Of a stretch of DNA of 33,339 nt, positions 7,617 through 16,451 are shown one piece after another (position 1 is the first letter of the stretch; each line of letters opens with the position of its first letter). The translations under genes and the position numbers were made by a program. The DNA comes from a virus. Lineage: Duplodnaviria > Heunggongvirae > Uroviricota > Caudoviricetes. The notes beneath the pieces were generated by a model, which was not told the DNA's origin, ran no database searches, and worked only from the letters and a program-made list of their open reading frames with translations. The stretch is from the IMG/VR virus record IMGVR_UViG_2671180294_000014; one strand, written 5' to 3'.

Positions 7617-8759
7617 TTAATCCTCTAATAATTTATCCCGAACATATTCAATTCGTTCAATTACCTTCACGCGACTATTAGCTCCGTCGGAAGTGGTCAA
7701 TCGTTTGAATTCTTCTGAGCTTAGCCAATCTAAGTTCTTGGGAACAAGGTCAGGGACTTCACGTAATGCAAGTGCTGCGCCAACAGCGAGAGATTCGAAT
7801 CTAACTCGAGGTGTAGATTTTGCAGTAATAGTTTTCTTGAATCCTGCTGGGAAATAGTTTTCAACAAAAGATAGAACATTAGCAAACTCTTGTTTCATTG
7901 AGTTTTGTTTAGTTTCGTCTATATCTCGATTTTCTGACATATAGTCATTTAGAAAATCCCGTACGGAATGATCAAAGTTCTTGTACTTATCTACGTAGGC
8001 AAAGAATCTTAATGTAAATTCTAACCGTTCATCTCGTTTTTCTTTAGTCTGAGATAAAGGTGCTAATTCTTTAAATTTAGGTATTGTTGAGCATGGCTTA
8101 ATAACCTGTGTATATAAATTTGTTGAACCAAGTTCTGATCCTTTACGGACTTCCATATCTTTCAATATATCGCTGCCAGAGTTAATACGCTCAAAAAGAT
8201 CTCTACGGGTTTCTTCATTGCATTTAGAACTCAATTCTATAACGCGGACAGGAATTCTCATGAAACGACGTTGACGTGATAATGGTAAATCTTGGAATTT
8301 GAAACCATTAAGGACGTCTAAAGATTTCAGGTCTTGTAAAACTAATTCATTTTGGATAAAAGCGTGTATAGTCCTAACTCGTTGTGAGCCATCAACAATC
8401 TCAATTCGCCCATCTAAATCGGGATCTTCGGAGAGAACATCTGCTATAAATATATATGGTATAGGAAAACCCAAAATCAAAGACTCTATCAATTTTGATT
8501 GTCTTTTTTCACTCCAAACAAAATCCCTTTGATAATCAGGAACAAAGAGTTCGTTAGTATCATCCTCTAATCCGTTATGATACTTATTAACTAATAACTC
8601 AACGGTAAATTCTTTGGTCTCAAAATCCACATCCTTTTGCTCAGCACGAATTTGCTCTTCAGCGTTTTGCTTTATCACCTCTAGCTGAGCAAGCAACTCT
8701 GCTCTTTTCTTGGCATTATCTTCATTTTCTAGTTGAGATTTTAAATCAATAATGTCCAT
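7617..8759 (-). CDS. DUF262 (ParB/Srx-like NTPase domain) protein with an N-terminal coiled coil and no fused nuclease domain
   Basis: DUF262 hallmarks are present: VPDYQRDFVWS and IVDGSQR (nt 8379-8393). ATG at 8759 is preceded by AAGGGA; the ORF-track start at 8777 is a TTG extension. I see no DUF1524/His-Me motif in the C-terminal half. Confidence 0.8.
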   Translation of the reverse strand: MDIIDLKSQLENEDNAKKRAELLAQLEVIKQNAEEQIRAEQKDVDFETKEFTVELLVNKYHNGLEDDTNELFVPDYQRDFVWSEKRQSKLIESLILGFPIPYIFIADVLSEDPDLDGRIEIVDGSQRVRTIHAFIQNELVLQDLKSLDVLNGFKFQDLPLSRQRRFMRIPVRVIELSSKCNEETRRDLFERINSGSDILKDMEVRKGSELGSTNLYTQVIKPCSTIPKFKELAPLSQTKEKRDERLEFTLRFFAYVDKYKNFDHSVRDFLNDYMSENRDIDETKQNSMKQEFANVLSFVENYFPAGFKKTITAKSTPRVRFESLAVGAALALREVPDLVPKNLDWLSSEEFKRLTTSDGANSRVKVIERIEYVRDKLLED

Positions 8760-8944
8760 GTCTAGTTCCCTTAACAAGTGTTAAAAATTGAAGCGGATAG
8801 CATACCGCATAGATCATGAAAAATGCCATCATGTGCATGGATTTGCATGCGTCAGAAGTCGCTTTTATTGTTAGTTATCACTAGCGCTGGCGTGCTCTTG
8901 GAGTGTTCATGCAACTGCATTAAAACCGCCCCATGAAGCGGGCG

Positions 8945-8963
8945 GGCGAGGCGGGGAAAGCAC
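8945..8963. other. cos: cos site (19-nt P2 cohesive end sequence)
   Basis: GGCGAGGCGGGGAAAGCAC exactly matches my memory of the P2 cohesive end and start of the P2 genome. It lies between the hotspot and Q, as in P2. Confidence 0.85.
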
Positions 8964-9103
8964 TGCGCGCTGGCGGTGGTGCTGATTTTATTTTCCAGCG
9001 TCTCAGCGCGTCGTGACGGCGCTTAGTCTGCCCGTTGGGCGTTGGTGTGTCTGCGGGATTTTTTGTGCGGTGATGAGCGTGTGAGGGCGTGATGGCGGGG
9101 TGT

Positions 9104-9125
9104 AAAAAAGCCGCCCGCAGGCGGC
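9104..9125 (-). terminator. Rho-independent terminator after Q
   Basis: On the minus strand, GCCGCC-TGCG-GGCGGC is followed by TTTTTT, immediately downstream of the Q stop (9131). Confidence 0.75.
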
Positions 9126-9130
9126 GATGT

Positions 9131-10165
9131 TCAGCCGTTGTCAGTGTCCAGTGAGTAGTTTTTAAAGCGGATGACCTCCTGACCGAGCCAGCCGTTTATC
9201 TCGCGGATCCTGTCCTGTAACGGGATAAGCTCATTGCGGACAAAGACCTTTGCCACTTTCTCAATATCACCCAGCGACCCGACGTTCTCCGGCTTGCCCC
9301 CCATCAACTGAAAGGGGATGCGGTGCGCGTCCAGCAGGTCAGCGGCGCTGGCTTTTTTGATATTAAAAAAATCGTCCTTCGTTGCCACTTCACTGAGCGG
9401 GATAATTTTAATGCCGTCGGCTTTCCCCTGTGGGGCATAGAGAAACAGATTTTTAAAGTTATTGCGGCCTTTCGACTTAACCATGTTTTCGCGAAGCATT
9501 TCGATATCGTTGCGATCCTGCACGGCATCGGTGACGTACATGATGTATCCGGCATGTGCGCCGTTTTCGTAATACTTGCGGCGGAACAGCGTGGCCGACT
9601 CATTCAGCCATGCAGAGTTAAGGGCGCTGAGATATTCCGGCAGGCCGTACAGCTCCTGATTAATATCAGGCTCCAGCAGGTGAAACACGGAGCCGGGCGC
9701 GAAGGCTGTCGGCTCGTTGAAGGACGGCACCCACCAGTAAACATCCTCCTCCACGCCACGACGGGTATATTTGGCCGGTGAGGTTTCCAGTCTGATGACC
9801 TTACCGGTGGTGCTGTAACGCTTTTCCAGAAACGCATTACCGAACACCAGAAAATCCAGCACAAAACGGCTGAAATCCTGCTGGGAAAGCCACGGGTGCG
9901 GGATAAACGTTGAAGCCAGAATATTACGTTTGACGTAAATCGGTGAGCTGTGATGCACGGCAGCACGCAGGCTTTTTGCCAGACCGGTAAAGCTGACCGG
10001 CGGCTCATACCATCTGCCGTTACTGATGCACTCGACGTAATCCAGAATGTCACGGCGGTCGAGTACCGGCACCGGCTCACCAAAGGTGAATGCTTCCATT
10101 TTCGGGGCGCTGGCGGTGATTGTTTTTGCCGCAGGTCGCGGTGTTTTCCCTTTTTTCTTGCTCAT
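9131..10165 (-). CDS. Q: Portal (capsid vertex) protein
   Basis: 344 aa, the same length as P2 gpQ and near-identical by recall. Confidence 0.96.
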   Translation of the reverse strand: MSKKKGKTPRPAAKTITASAPKMEAFTFGEPVPVLDRRDILDYVECISNGRWYEPPVSFTGLAKSLRAAVHHSSPIYVKRNILASTFIPHPWLSQQDFSRFVLDFLVFGNAFLEKRYSTTGKVIRLETSPAKYTRRGVEEDVYWWVPSFNEPTAFAPGSVFHLLEPDINQELYGLPEYLSALNSAWLNESATLFRRKYYENGAHAGYIMYVTDAVQDRNDIEMLRENMVKSKGRNNFKNLFLYAPQGKADGIKIIPLSEVATKDDFFNIKKASAADLLDAHRIPFQLMGGKPENVGSLGDIEKVAKVFVRNELIPLQDRIREINGWLGQEVIRFKNYSLDTDNG

Positions 10166-11937
10166 CAGTAAAACTCCAGAATGGTGGATGTCAGCGGAGT
10201 GCTGATACCGGCGGTGAGTGGCTCATTTAACAGGGCGTGCATGGTTGCCCAGGCGAGGTCGGCGTGGCTGGCTTCCTCGCTGCGGCTGGCCTCATAGGTG
10301 GCACTGCGTCCGCTGCTGGTCATGGTCTTGCGGATAGCCATGAACGAGCTGGTGATGTCGGTGGCGCTGACGTCATATTCCAGACAGCCACGGCGGATGA
10401 CGTCTTTGGCCTTGAGCACCATTGCGGTTTTCATTTCCGGCGTGTAGCGGATATCGCGCGCGGCGGGATAGAACGAGCGCACGAGCTGGAACACGCCGAC
10501 ACCGAGGCCGGTGGCATCAATACCGATGTATTCGACGTTGTATTTTTCGGTGAGTTTGCGGATGGACTCCGCCTGGGTGGCAAAGTCCATGCCTTTCCAC
10601 TGGTGACGCTCAAGTATTCTGAATTTGCCACCGGCCACCACCGGCGGTGCCAGCACCACGCATCCGGCGCTGTCGCCACGGTGTGACGGGTCGTAACCAA
10701 TCCATACCGGGCGGGAGCCGAACGGATTTGCGGCAAACGGCGCGTAGTCTTCCCATTCTTCCAGCGTGTCGACCATGCAGCGTTGCAGCTCCTCGAACGG
10801 GAACACCGATACCTTGTCGTCAACAAATTCACACATGAACAGGTTTTTAAAATCGTCGGCGCTGTTTTCGCGTTTGAGCTGCTCAATGTCGAACAATGTG
10901 CAGCCGCCTTTCAGGGCGTCCTCAATGGTGACAATCTGCCGCCACTGGCCGTCCGCACAGAGAAGACCACCGGCAAGGGCGTTATGACTGACGTCGATTT
11001 CCACACGTTCGGCGGCGCTGGCGCGTCCCCGGTTGAACAGTTCACCCGACCAGAACGGGTAGGCGTCGTGCGCCAGCGTGGACGGGGTGGAGAAATAGGT
11101 CGAGCGCAGGTGACTCTGTGAGGCCATACCTGATGCCACCTTACGCAGTACCTGAAAATTCGGGATCCAGAAAATCTCGTCGACGTACAGGTCGCCGTTA
11201 TGGCTCTGTGCGGTGTTGGAGTTGGTGCCGAGAAAAATCAGTTTTGCGCCGTTATTGCCCAGGACAATCGGGTCACCGGTCAGGTCAACGTCAACCAGAC
11301 GAGCAAAGGCGATGATGTATTCACGGAACACATACGCCTGCGTTTTACTGGCCGACAGAAAAATCTGGTTATGGCCGGTTTTCAGGGCGCGCAGCAGCGC
11401 CTCGCGGGAAAAATAAAACGTCGCGCCAATCTGGCGGGATTTCAGGATATCGCGGATGCGGTGCTCAAGCCCGGCACGATACCAGTGCAACTGATAGTCG
11501 AAAGACTGCTCAAAGAAAATCTGCTCCAGCTTTTCGATGGCCTCGTCACTGAAAAAATTCTTTTTCGGTTTGCGACGCCCGCCTTTGTTGCGGTTAGCGA
11601 TGTTCGGATTAAGGTCTGCCTCGTTGCCGGTCTGGCTGTAGCGGTTTACCCGTGCCAGTCGTTCAATCTGGCGTCCGAGCAGGTCAATTTCCTTGAAGTC
11701 ACCGCCGGTTTTCTGCGGTTTGATGATGAGCTGGGTCAGCCGCGCTTCCAGACTCATTTCGACACGGCTGATGGGGGCAACACTGTCCCAGCCGTCGCGC
11801 TGTTTCCAGCTCTGCACCGTCGGGCGTTTCATCTGCAACATGGCGGCAATCTGCGGCACGGAAAACCCCTGCCAGTACAGCAGCGCCGCCTGACGACGCG
11901 GGTCGTGTAAAAGAGTGGTGTCTGTGGTGATGGTCAT
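10165..11937 (-). CDS. P: Terminase large (ATPase/nuclease) subunit
   Basis: From ATG 11937 the protein reads MTITTDTTLLHDPRRQAALLYWQGF..., 590 aa as in P2 gpP. GAGG SD is present. The ORF-track start at 11967 adds 10 aa with no homologue. The stop overlaps the Q start (TGATG). Confidence 0.96.
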   Translation of the reverse strand: MTITTDTTLLHDPRRQAALLYWQGFSVPQIAAMLQMKRPTVQSWKQRDGWDSVAPISRVEMSLEARLTQLIIKPQKTGGDFKEIDLLGRQIERLARVNRYSQTGNEADLNPNIANRNKGGRRKPKKNFFSDEAIEKLEQIFFEQSFDYQLHWYRAGLEHRIRDILKSRQIGATFYFSREALLRALKTGHNQIFLSASKTQAYVFREYIIAFARLVDVDLTGDPIVLGNNGAKLIFLGTNSNTAQSHNGDLYVDEIFWIPNFQVLRKVASGMASQSHLRSTYFSTPSTLAHDAYPFWSGELFNRGRASAAERVEIDVSHNALAGGLLCADGQWRQIVTIEDALKGGCTLFDIEQLKRENSADDFKNLFMCEFVDDKVSVFPFEELQRCMVDTLEEWEDYAPFAANPFGSRPVWIGYDPSHRGDSAGCVVLAPPVVAGGKFRILERHQWKGMDFATQAESIRKLTEKYNVEYIGIDATGLGVGVFQLVRSFYPAARDIRYTPEMKTAMVLKAKDVIRRGCLEYDVSATDITSSFMAIRKTMTSSGRSATYEASRSEEASHADLAWATMHALLNEPLTAGISTPLTSTILEFY

Positions 11938-12110
11938 GAATACCTCGCCGTGATGAATACACGGCAAGGCTACTGAGTCGCGCCCCGCGATTCGCTAATG
12001 TGCTGTTGTGTCAGTGATAAACCATCCGGGACTGATGGCGGAGGATGCGCATCGTCGGGAAACTGATGCCGACATGTGACTCCTCTAATCACTATTCAGG
12101 ACTCCTGACA
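11938..12110. promoter_or_regulatory. Divergent late promoter region (P2 P_P / P_O equivalents, Ogr-dependent)
   Basis: This is the intergenic region between divergent P and O, where P2 places two Ogr-activated promoters. TGT triplets at 12004-12011 followed about 12 nt later by CCA/ACC only partly match the TGT-N12-ACA activator consensus. Exact elements are not resolved. Confidence 0.5.
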
Positions 12111-12965
12111 ATGGCAAAAAAAGTCTCAAAATTCTTTCGTATCGGCGTTGAGGGTGACACCTGTGACGGGCGTGTCATCAGTGCGCAGGATATTCAGGAA
12201 ATGGCCGAAACCTTTGACCCGCGTGTCTATGGTTGCCGCATTAACCTGGAACATCTGCGCGGCATCCTGCCTGACGGTATTTTTAAGCGTTATGGCGATG
12301 TGGCCGAACTGAAGGCCGAAAAGATTGACGATGATTCGGCGCTGAAAGGCAAATGGGCGCTGTTTGCGAAAATCACCCCGACCGATGACCTTATCGCGAT
12401 GAACAAGGCCGCGCAGAAGGTCTACACCTCAATGGAAATTCAGCCGAACTTTGCCAACACCGGCAAATGTTATCTGGTGGGTCTGGCCGTCACCGATGAC
12501 CCGGCAAGCCTCGGCACGGAATACCTGGAATTCTGCCGCACGGCAAAACACAACCCCCTGAACCGCTTCAAATTAAGCCCTGAAAACCTGATTTCAGTGG
12601 CAACGCCTGTTGAGCTGGAATTTGAAGACCTGCCTGAAACCGTGTTCACCGCCCTGACCGAAAAGGTGAAATCCATTTTTGGCCGCAAACAGGCCAGCGA
12701 TGATGCCCGTCTGAATGACGTGCATGAAGCGGTGACCGCTGTTGCTGAACATGTGCAGGAAAAACTGAGCGCCACTGAGCAGCGCCTCGCTGAGATGGAA
12801 ACCGCCTTTTCTGCACTTAAGCAGGAGGTGACTGACAGGGCGGATGAAACCAGCCAGGCATTCACCCGCCTGAAAAACAGTCTCGACCACACCGAAAGTC
12901 TGACCCAGCAGCGCCGCAGCAAGGCCACCGGTGGTGGCGGTGACGCCCTGATGACGAACTGCTGA
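12111..12965 (+). CDS. O: Capsid scaffolding protein / prohead protease
   Basis: From ATG 12111 the protein reads MAKKVSKFFRIGVEGDTCDGR..., 284 aa as in P2 gpO. The ORF-track start at 12045 is an upstream extension. Confidence 0.96.
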   Translation: MAKKVSKFFRIGVEGDTCDGRVISAQDIQEMAETFDPRVYGCRINLEHLRGILPDGIFKRYGDVAELKAEKIDDDSALKGKWALFAKITPTDDLIAMNKAAQKVYTSMEIQPNFANTGKCYLVGLAVTDDPASLGTEYLEFCRTAKHNPLNRFKLSPENLISVATPVELEFEDLPETVFTALTEKVKSIFGRKQASDDARLNDVHEAVTAVAEHVQEKLSATEQRLAEMETAFSALKQEVTDRADETSQAFTRLKNSLDHTESLTQQRRSKATGGGGDALMTNC

Positions 12966-13023
12966 CCGGCGTCAGTCAGTCCGGGAAAACCTTCACGATT
13001 AACCCTTAATTTCAGGAAAAACT

Positions 13024-14096
13024 ATGCGCCAGGAAACCCGCTTTAAATTTAATGCTTACCTGTCCCGTGTTGCCGAGCTGAACGGCATCGACGCCGGTGA
13101 TGTGTCGAAAAAATTCACCGTTGAACCGTCGGTCACCCAGACCCTGATGAACACCATGCAGGAGTCCTCTGACTTTCTGACCCGCATCAACATTGTGCCG
13201 GTCAGTGAAATGAAAGGGGAAAAAATTGGCATCGGTGTCACCGGCTCCATCGCCAGCACCACCGACACCGCCGGTGGCACCGAGCGTCAGCCGAAGGACT
13301 TCTCGAAGCTGGCGTCAAACAAGTACGAATGCGACCAGGTTAACTTCGATTTTTATATCCGCTACAAAACGCTTGACCTGTGGGCGCGTTATCAGGATTT
13401 CCAGCTCCGTATCCGTAACGCCATTATCAAACGCCAGTCCCTTGATTTCATCATGGCCGGTTTTAACGGCGTGAAGCGTGCCGAAACCTCTGACCGCAAC
13501 AGTAATCCGATGCTGCAGGATGTGGCGGTCGGCTGGCTGCAGAAATACCGAATGAAGCCCCGGCGCGCGTGATGAGCAAGGTCACTGACGAGGAAGGCCG
13601 CACCACCTCTGAGGTTATCCGCGTGGGTAAGGGCGGTGATTATGTAAGCCTCGATGCACTGGTGATGGATGCGACCAACAACCTGATTGAACCTTGGTAT
13701 CAGGAAGACCCTGACCTTGTGGTGATTGTGGGGCGTCAGCTACTGGCGGACAAGTATTTCCCTATCGTCAACAAGGAGCAGGATAACAGCGAGATGCTGG
13801 CCGCTGACGTCATCATCAGCCAGAAACGCATCGGTAACCTGCCGGCGGTACGCGTCCCGTACTTCCCGGCGGATGCGATGCTCATCACGAAGCTGGAAAA
13901 CCTGTCCATCTACTACATGGATGACAGCCATCGCCGCGTGATTGTGGAAAACCCGAAACTCGACCGCGTGGAGAACTACGAGTCAATGAACATTGATTAC
14001 GTGGTGGAGGACTACGCCGCCGGTTGTCTGGTGGAAAAAATTAAGGTCGGTGATTTCTCCACACCGGCTAAAGCGACCGCAGAGCCGGGAGCGTAA
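13024..14096 (+). pseudogene. N: Major capsid protein N, split by a 1-nt deletion frameshift near 13549-13551
   Basis: ORFs 13024-13572 and 13569-14096 together reproduce P2 gpN (357 aa). P2 reads ...QKYRNEAPARVMSKVTDEEG. Here cag aaa tac cga atg aag ccc cgg cgc gcg tga reads QKYRMKPRRA*. Restoring one base after 'cg' at 13549-13550 gives ...RNEAPARVMSK in frame. Confidence 0.85.
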
Positions 14097-14099
14097 CCG

Positions 14100-14843
14100 A
14101 TGACGAGTCCCGCACAGCGCCACATGATGCGGGTCTCGGCAGCGATGACCGCGCAGCGGGAAGCCGCCCCGCTGCGACATGCAACTGTCTATGAGCAGAT
14201 GCTGGTCAAGCTGGCCGCAGACCAGCGCACACTGAAAGCGATTTATTCAAAAGAGCTGAAGGCCGCGAAAAAACGCGAACTGCTGCCGTTCTGGTTGCCG
14301 TGGGTGAACGGCGTGCTGGAGCAGGGCAAAGGTGCACAGGATGACATTCTGATGACGGTCATGCTGTGGCGTCTGGATACCGGCGATATTGCCGGTGCGC
14401 TGGAGATTGCCCGTTATGCCCTGAAGTACGGTCTGACCATGCCGGGTAAACACCGCCGCACCCCGCCGTACATGTTCACCGAGGAGGTGGCGCTTGCGGC
14501 CATGCGCGCTCACGCTGCCGGTGAGTCTGTGGATCCCCGCCTGCTGACGGACACCCTCGAACTGACCGCCACGGCTGACATGCCTGATGAAGTGCGCGCA
14601 AAGCTGCACAAAATCACCGGTCTGTTTCTGCGTGACGCTGGTGATGCCGCAGGTGCGCTGGTACACCTGCAACGTGCGACACAGCTCGACTGTCAGGCAG
14701 GCGTCAAAAAAGAGATTGAACGACTGGAGCGGGAGCTGAAACCGAAGCCGGAGCCGCAGCCCAAAGCGGCCACCCGCACTCCGCGTAAGACCCGGAGCGT
14801 GACACCGGCAAAACGTGGACGCCCGAAAAAGAAAGCCAGTTAA
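14100..14843 (+). CDS. M: Terminase small subunit
   Basis: 247 aa, with length and sequence as in P2 gpM (MTSPAQRHMMRVSAAMTAQREAAPLRH...). Confidence 0.96.
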   Translation: MTSPAQRHMMRVSAAMTAQREAAPLRHATVYEQMLVKLAADQRTLKAIYSKELKAAKKRELLPFWLPWVNGVLEQGKGAQDDILMTVMLWRLDTGDIAGALEIARYALKYGLTMPGKHRRTPPYMFTEEVALAAMRAHAAGESVDPRLLTDTLELTATADMPDEVRAKLHKITGLFLRDAGDAAGALVHLQRATQLDCQAGVKKEIERLERELKPKPEPQPKAATRTPRKTRSVTPAKRGRPKKKAS

Positions 14844-14942
14844 CAACCGAATGCGCCCCGCGCCAGGGCGGCACGCCGGTCAGTGACGGTGAATCACCTG
14901 ACACTGCACCGGCGTCCACCGCCCGACTTTTCAGAGGTAGTC

Positions 14943-15452
14943 ATGATGACGCTGATTATTCCGCGAAAGGAGGCTCCCGTGTCCGGTGAGGGTACGGTGG
15001 TTATCCCGCAACCGGCAGGCGACGAGCCGGTGATTAAAAACACGTTCTTTTTTCCCGATATTGACCCGAAGCGCGTCCGGGAACGTATGCGCCTTGAGCA
15101 GACCGTCGCCCCCGCCCGTCTGCGTGAGGCCATCAAGTCAGGCATGGCGGAGACGAATGCGGAGCTGTACGAGTACCGCGAACAGAAAATTGCTGCCGGT
15201 TTTTCGCGTCTGGCTGACGTCCCGGCGGACGACATCGACGGTGAAAGCATCAAAGTTTTTTACTACGAGCGCGCTGTGTGTGCGATGGCGACCGCGTCGC
15301 TTTATGAGCGTTACCGCGGCGTGGATGCCAGTGCCAAGGGCGACAAGAAGGCCGACAGCATTGACAGCACCATTGATGAGCTGTGGCGGGATATGCGCTG
15401 GGCGGTGGCGCGTATCCAGGACAAGCCGCGCTGCATCGTGAGTCAAATCTGA
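14943..15452 (+). CDS. L: Head completion / stabilisation protein
   Basis: From ATG 14943 the protein reads MMTLIIPRKEAPVSGEG..., 169 aa as in P2 gpL. The ORF-track start at 14883 is an extension. Confidence 0.95.
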   Translation: MMTLIIPRKEAPVSGEGTVVIPQPAGDEPVIKNTFFFPDIDPKRVRERMRLEQTVAPARLREAIKSGMAETNAELYEYREQKIAAGFSRLADVPADDIDGESIKVFYYERAVCAMATASLYERYRGVDASAKGDKKADSIDSTIDELWRDMRWAVARIQDKPRCIVSQI

Positions 15453-15655
15453 TGAAGACCTTTGCGCTACAGGGCGACACGCTCGACGCCATTTGTGTTC
15501 GGTATTACGGGCGCACTGAGGGCGTGGTCGAGGCCGTGCTCGCCGCAAATCCGGGACTGGCTGAACTGGGGGCGGTGCTGCCACACGGCACCGCCGTCGA
15601 ACTGCCCGACGTTCAGACCGCGCCCGTGGCTGAAACTGTCAATCTGTGGGAGTAA
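15452..15655 (+). CDS. X: Tail protein X (LysM-like)
   Basis: From ATG 15452 the protein reads MKTFALQGDTLDAICVRYYGRTEG..., 67 aa as in P2 gpX. The start overlaps the L stop (TGATG). Confidence 0.95.
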   Translation: MKTFALQGDTLDAICVRYYGRTEGVVEAVLAANPGLAELGAVLPHGTAVELPDVQTAPVAETVNLWE

Positions 15656-15658
15656 CGC

Positions 15659-15940
15659 ATGACAGCAGAAGAAAAAAGCGTCCTGTCGCTTTTCATGATT
15701 GGGGTGCTGATTGTTGTCGGCAAGGTGCTTGCCGGTGGTGAACCCATCACTCCGCGTCTGTTTATCGGGCGCATGTTGCTCGGTGGTTTTGTCTCGATGG
15801 TTGCCGGTGTTGTTCTGGTGCAGTTTCCTGACCTGTCACTGCCTGCGGTGTGCGGCATCGGCTCCATGCTGGGTATCGCCGGTTATCAGGTGATTGAGAT
15901 TGCCATTCAGCGCCGCTTTAAGGGCAGGGGGAAACCGTAA
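15659..15940 (+). CDS. Y: Holin
   Basis: 93 aa with hydrophobic segments. It matches P2 gpY by recall. Confidence 0.95.
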   Translation: MTAEEKSVLSLFMIGVLIVVGKVLAGGEPITPRLFIGRMLLGGFVSMVAGVVLVQFPDLSLPAVCGIGSMLGIAGYQVIEIAIQRRFKGRGKP

Positions 15941-16437
15941 TGCCGGTAATTAGCACACATCAGAATATCGCCGCCTTTCTCGACATGCTGGCCGTGTCCG
16001 AAGGGACGGCGAATCATCCGCTGACGAAAAACCGGGGCTATGACGTGATAGTCACCGGACTGGACGGGAAGCCGGAAATCTTCACCGACTACAGTGACCA
16101 CCCGTTCGCACATGGCCGACCGGCGAAGGTGTTTAACCGTCGCGGTGAAAAATCCACGGCCTCCGGTCGCTATCAGCAGCTTTACCTGTTCTGGCCGCAC
16201 TACCGCAAACAGCTTGCCCTGCCGGATTTCAGTCCGTTGTCACAGGACAGGCTCGCCATTCAGTTGATCCGCGAACGCGGTGCACTGGATGACATCCGGG
16301 CGGGACGCATTGAGCGCGCCATTTCACGCTGTCGCAATATCTGGGCGTCCCTGCCGGGTGCCGGTTACGGTCAGCGTGAGCATTCACTGGAAAAACTGGT
16401 CACCGTCTGGCGCACCGCTGGCGGCGTACCGGCTTAA
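15940..16437 (+). CDS. K: Endolysin
   Basis: 165 aa. It matches P2 gpK by recall (MPVI.THQNIAAFLDMLAVSEGT...). Confidence 0.95.
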   Translation: MPVISTHQNIAAFLDMLAVSEGTANHPLTKNRGYDVIVTGLDGKPEIFTDYSDHPFAHGRPAKVFNRRGEKSTASGRYQQLYLFWPHYRKQLALPDFSPLSQDRLAIQLIRERGALDDIRAGRIERAISRCRNIWASLPGAGYGQREHSLEKLVTVWRTAGGVPA

Positions 16438-16451
16438 ACGGAGTAAACACC

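Noticed and set aside
8816-8884. A 22-codon ORF (MKNAIMCMDLHASEVAFIVSYH) between the DUF262 gene and cos.
   Set aside because: It has no ribosome-binding site, is very short, and lies in the likely promoter or backbone junction region.
11200-11910. A 236-aa plus-strand ORF antisense to terminase gene P, along with other nested or antisense ORFs in Q and P (9323-9781, 9604-10083, 10237-10686, 10431-10886, 10783-11121).
   Set aside because: They lie entirely inside strongly supported P2 genes, have Arg/Gly/Ala-rich low-complexity composition typical of off-frame translation of GC-rich coding DNA, and lack SD sequences.
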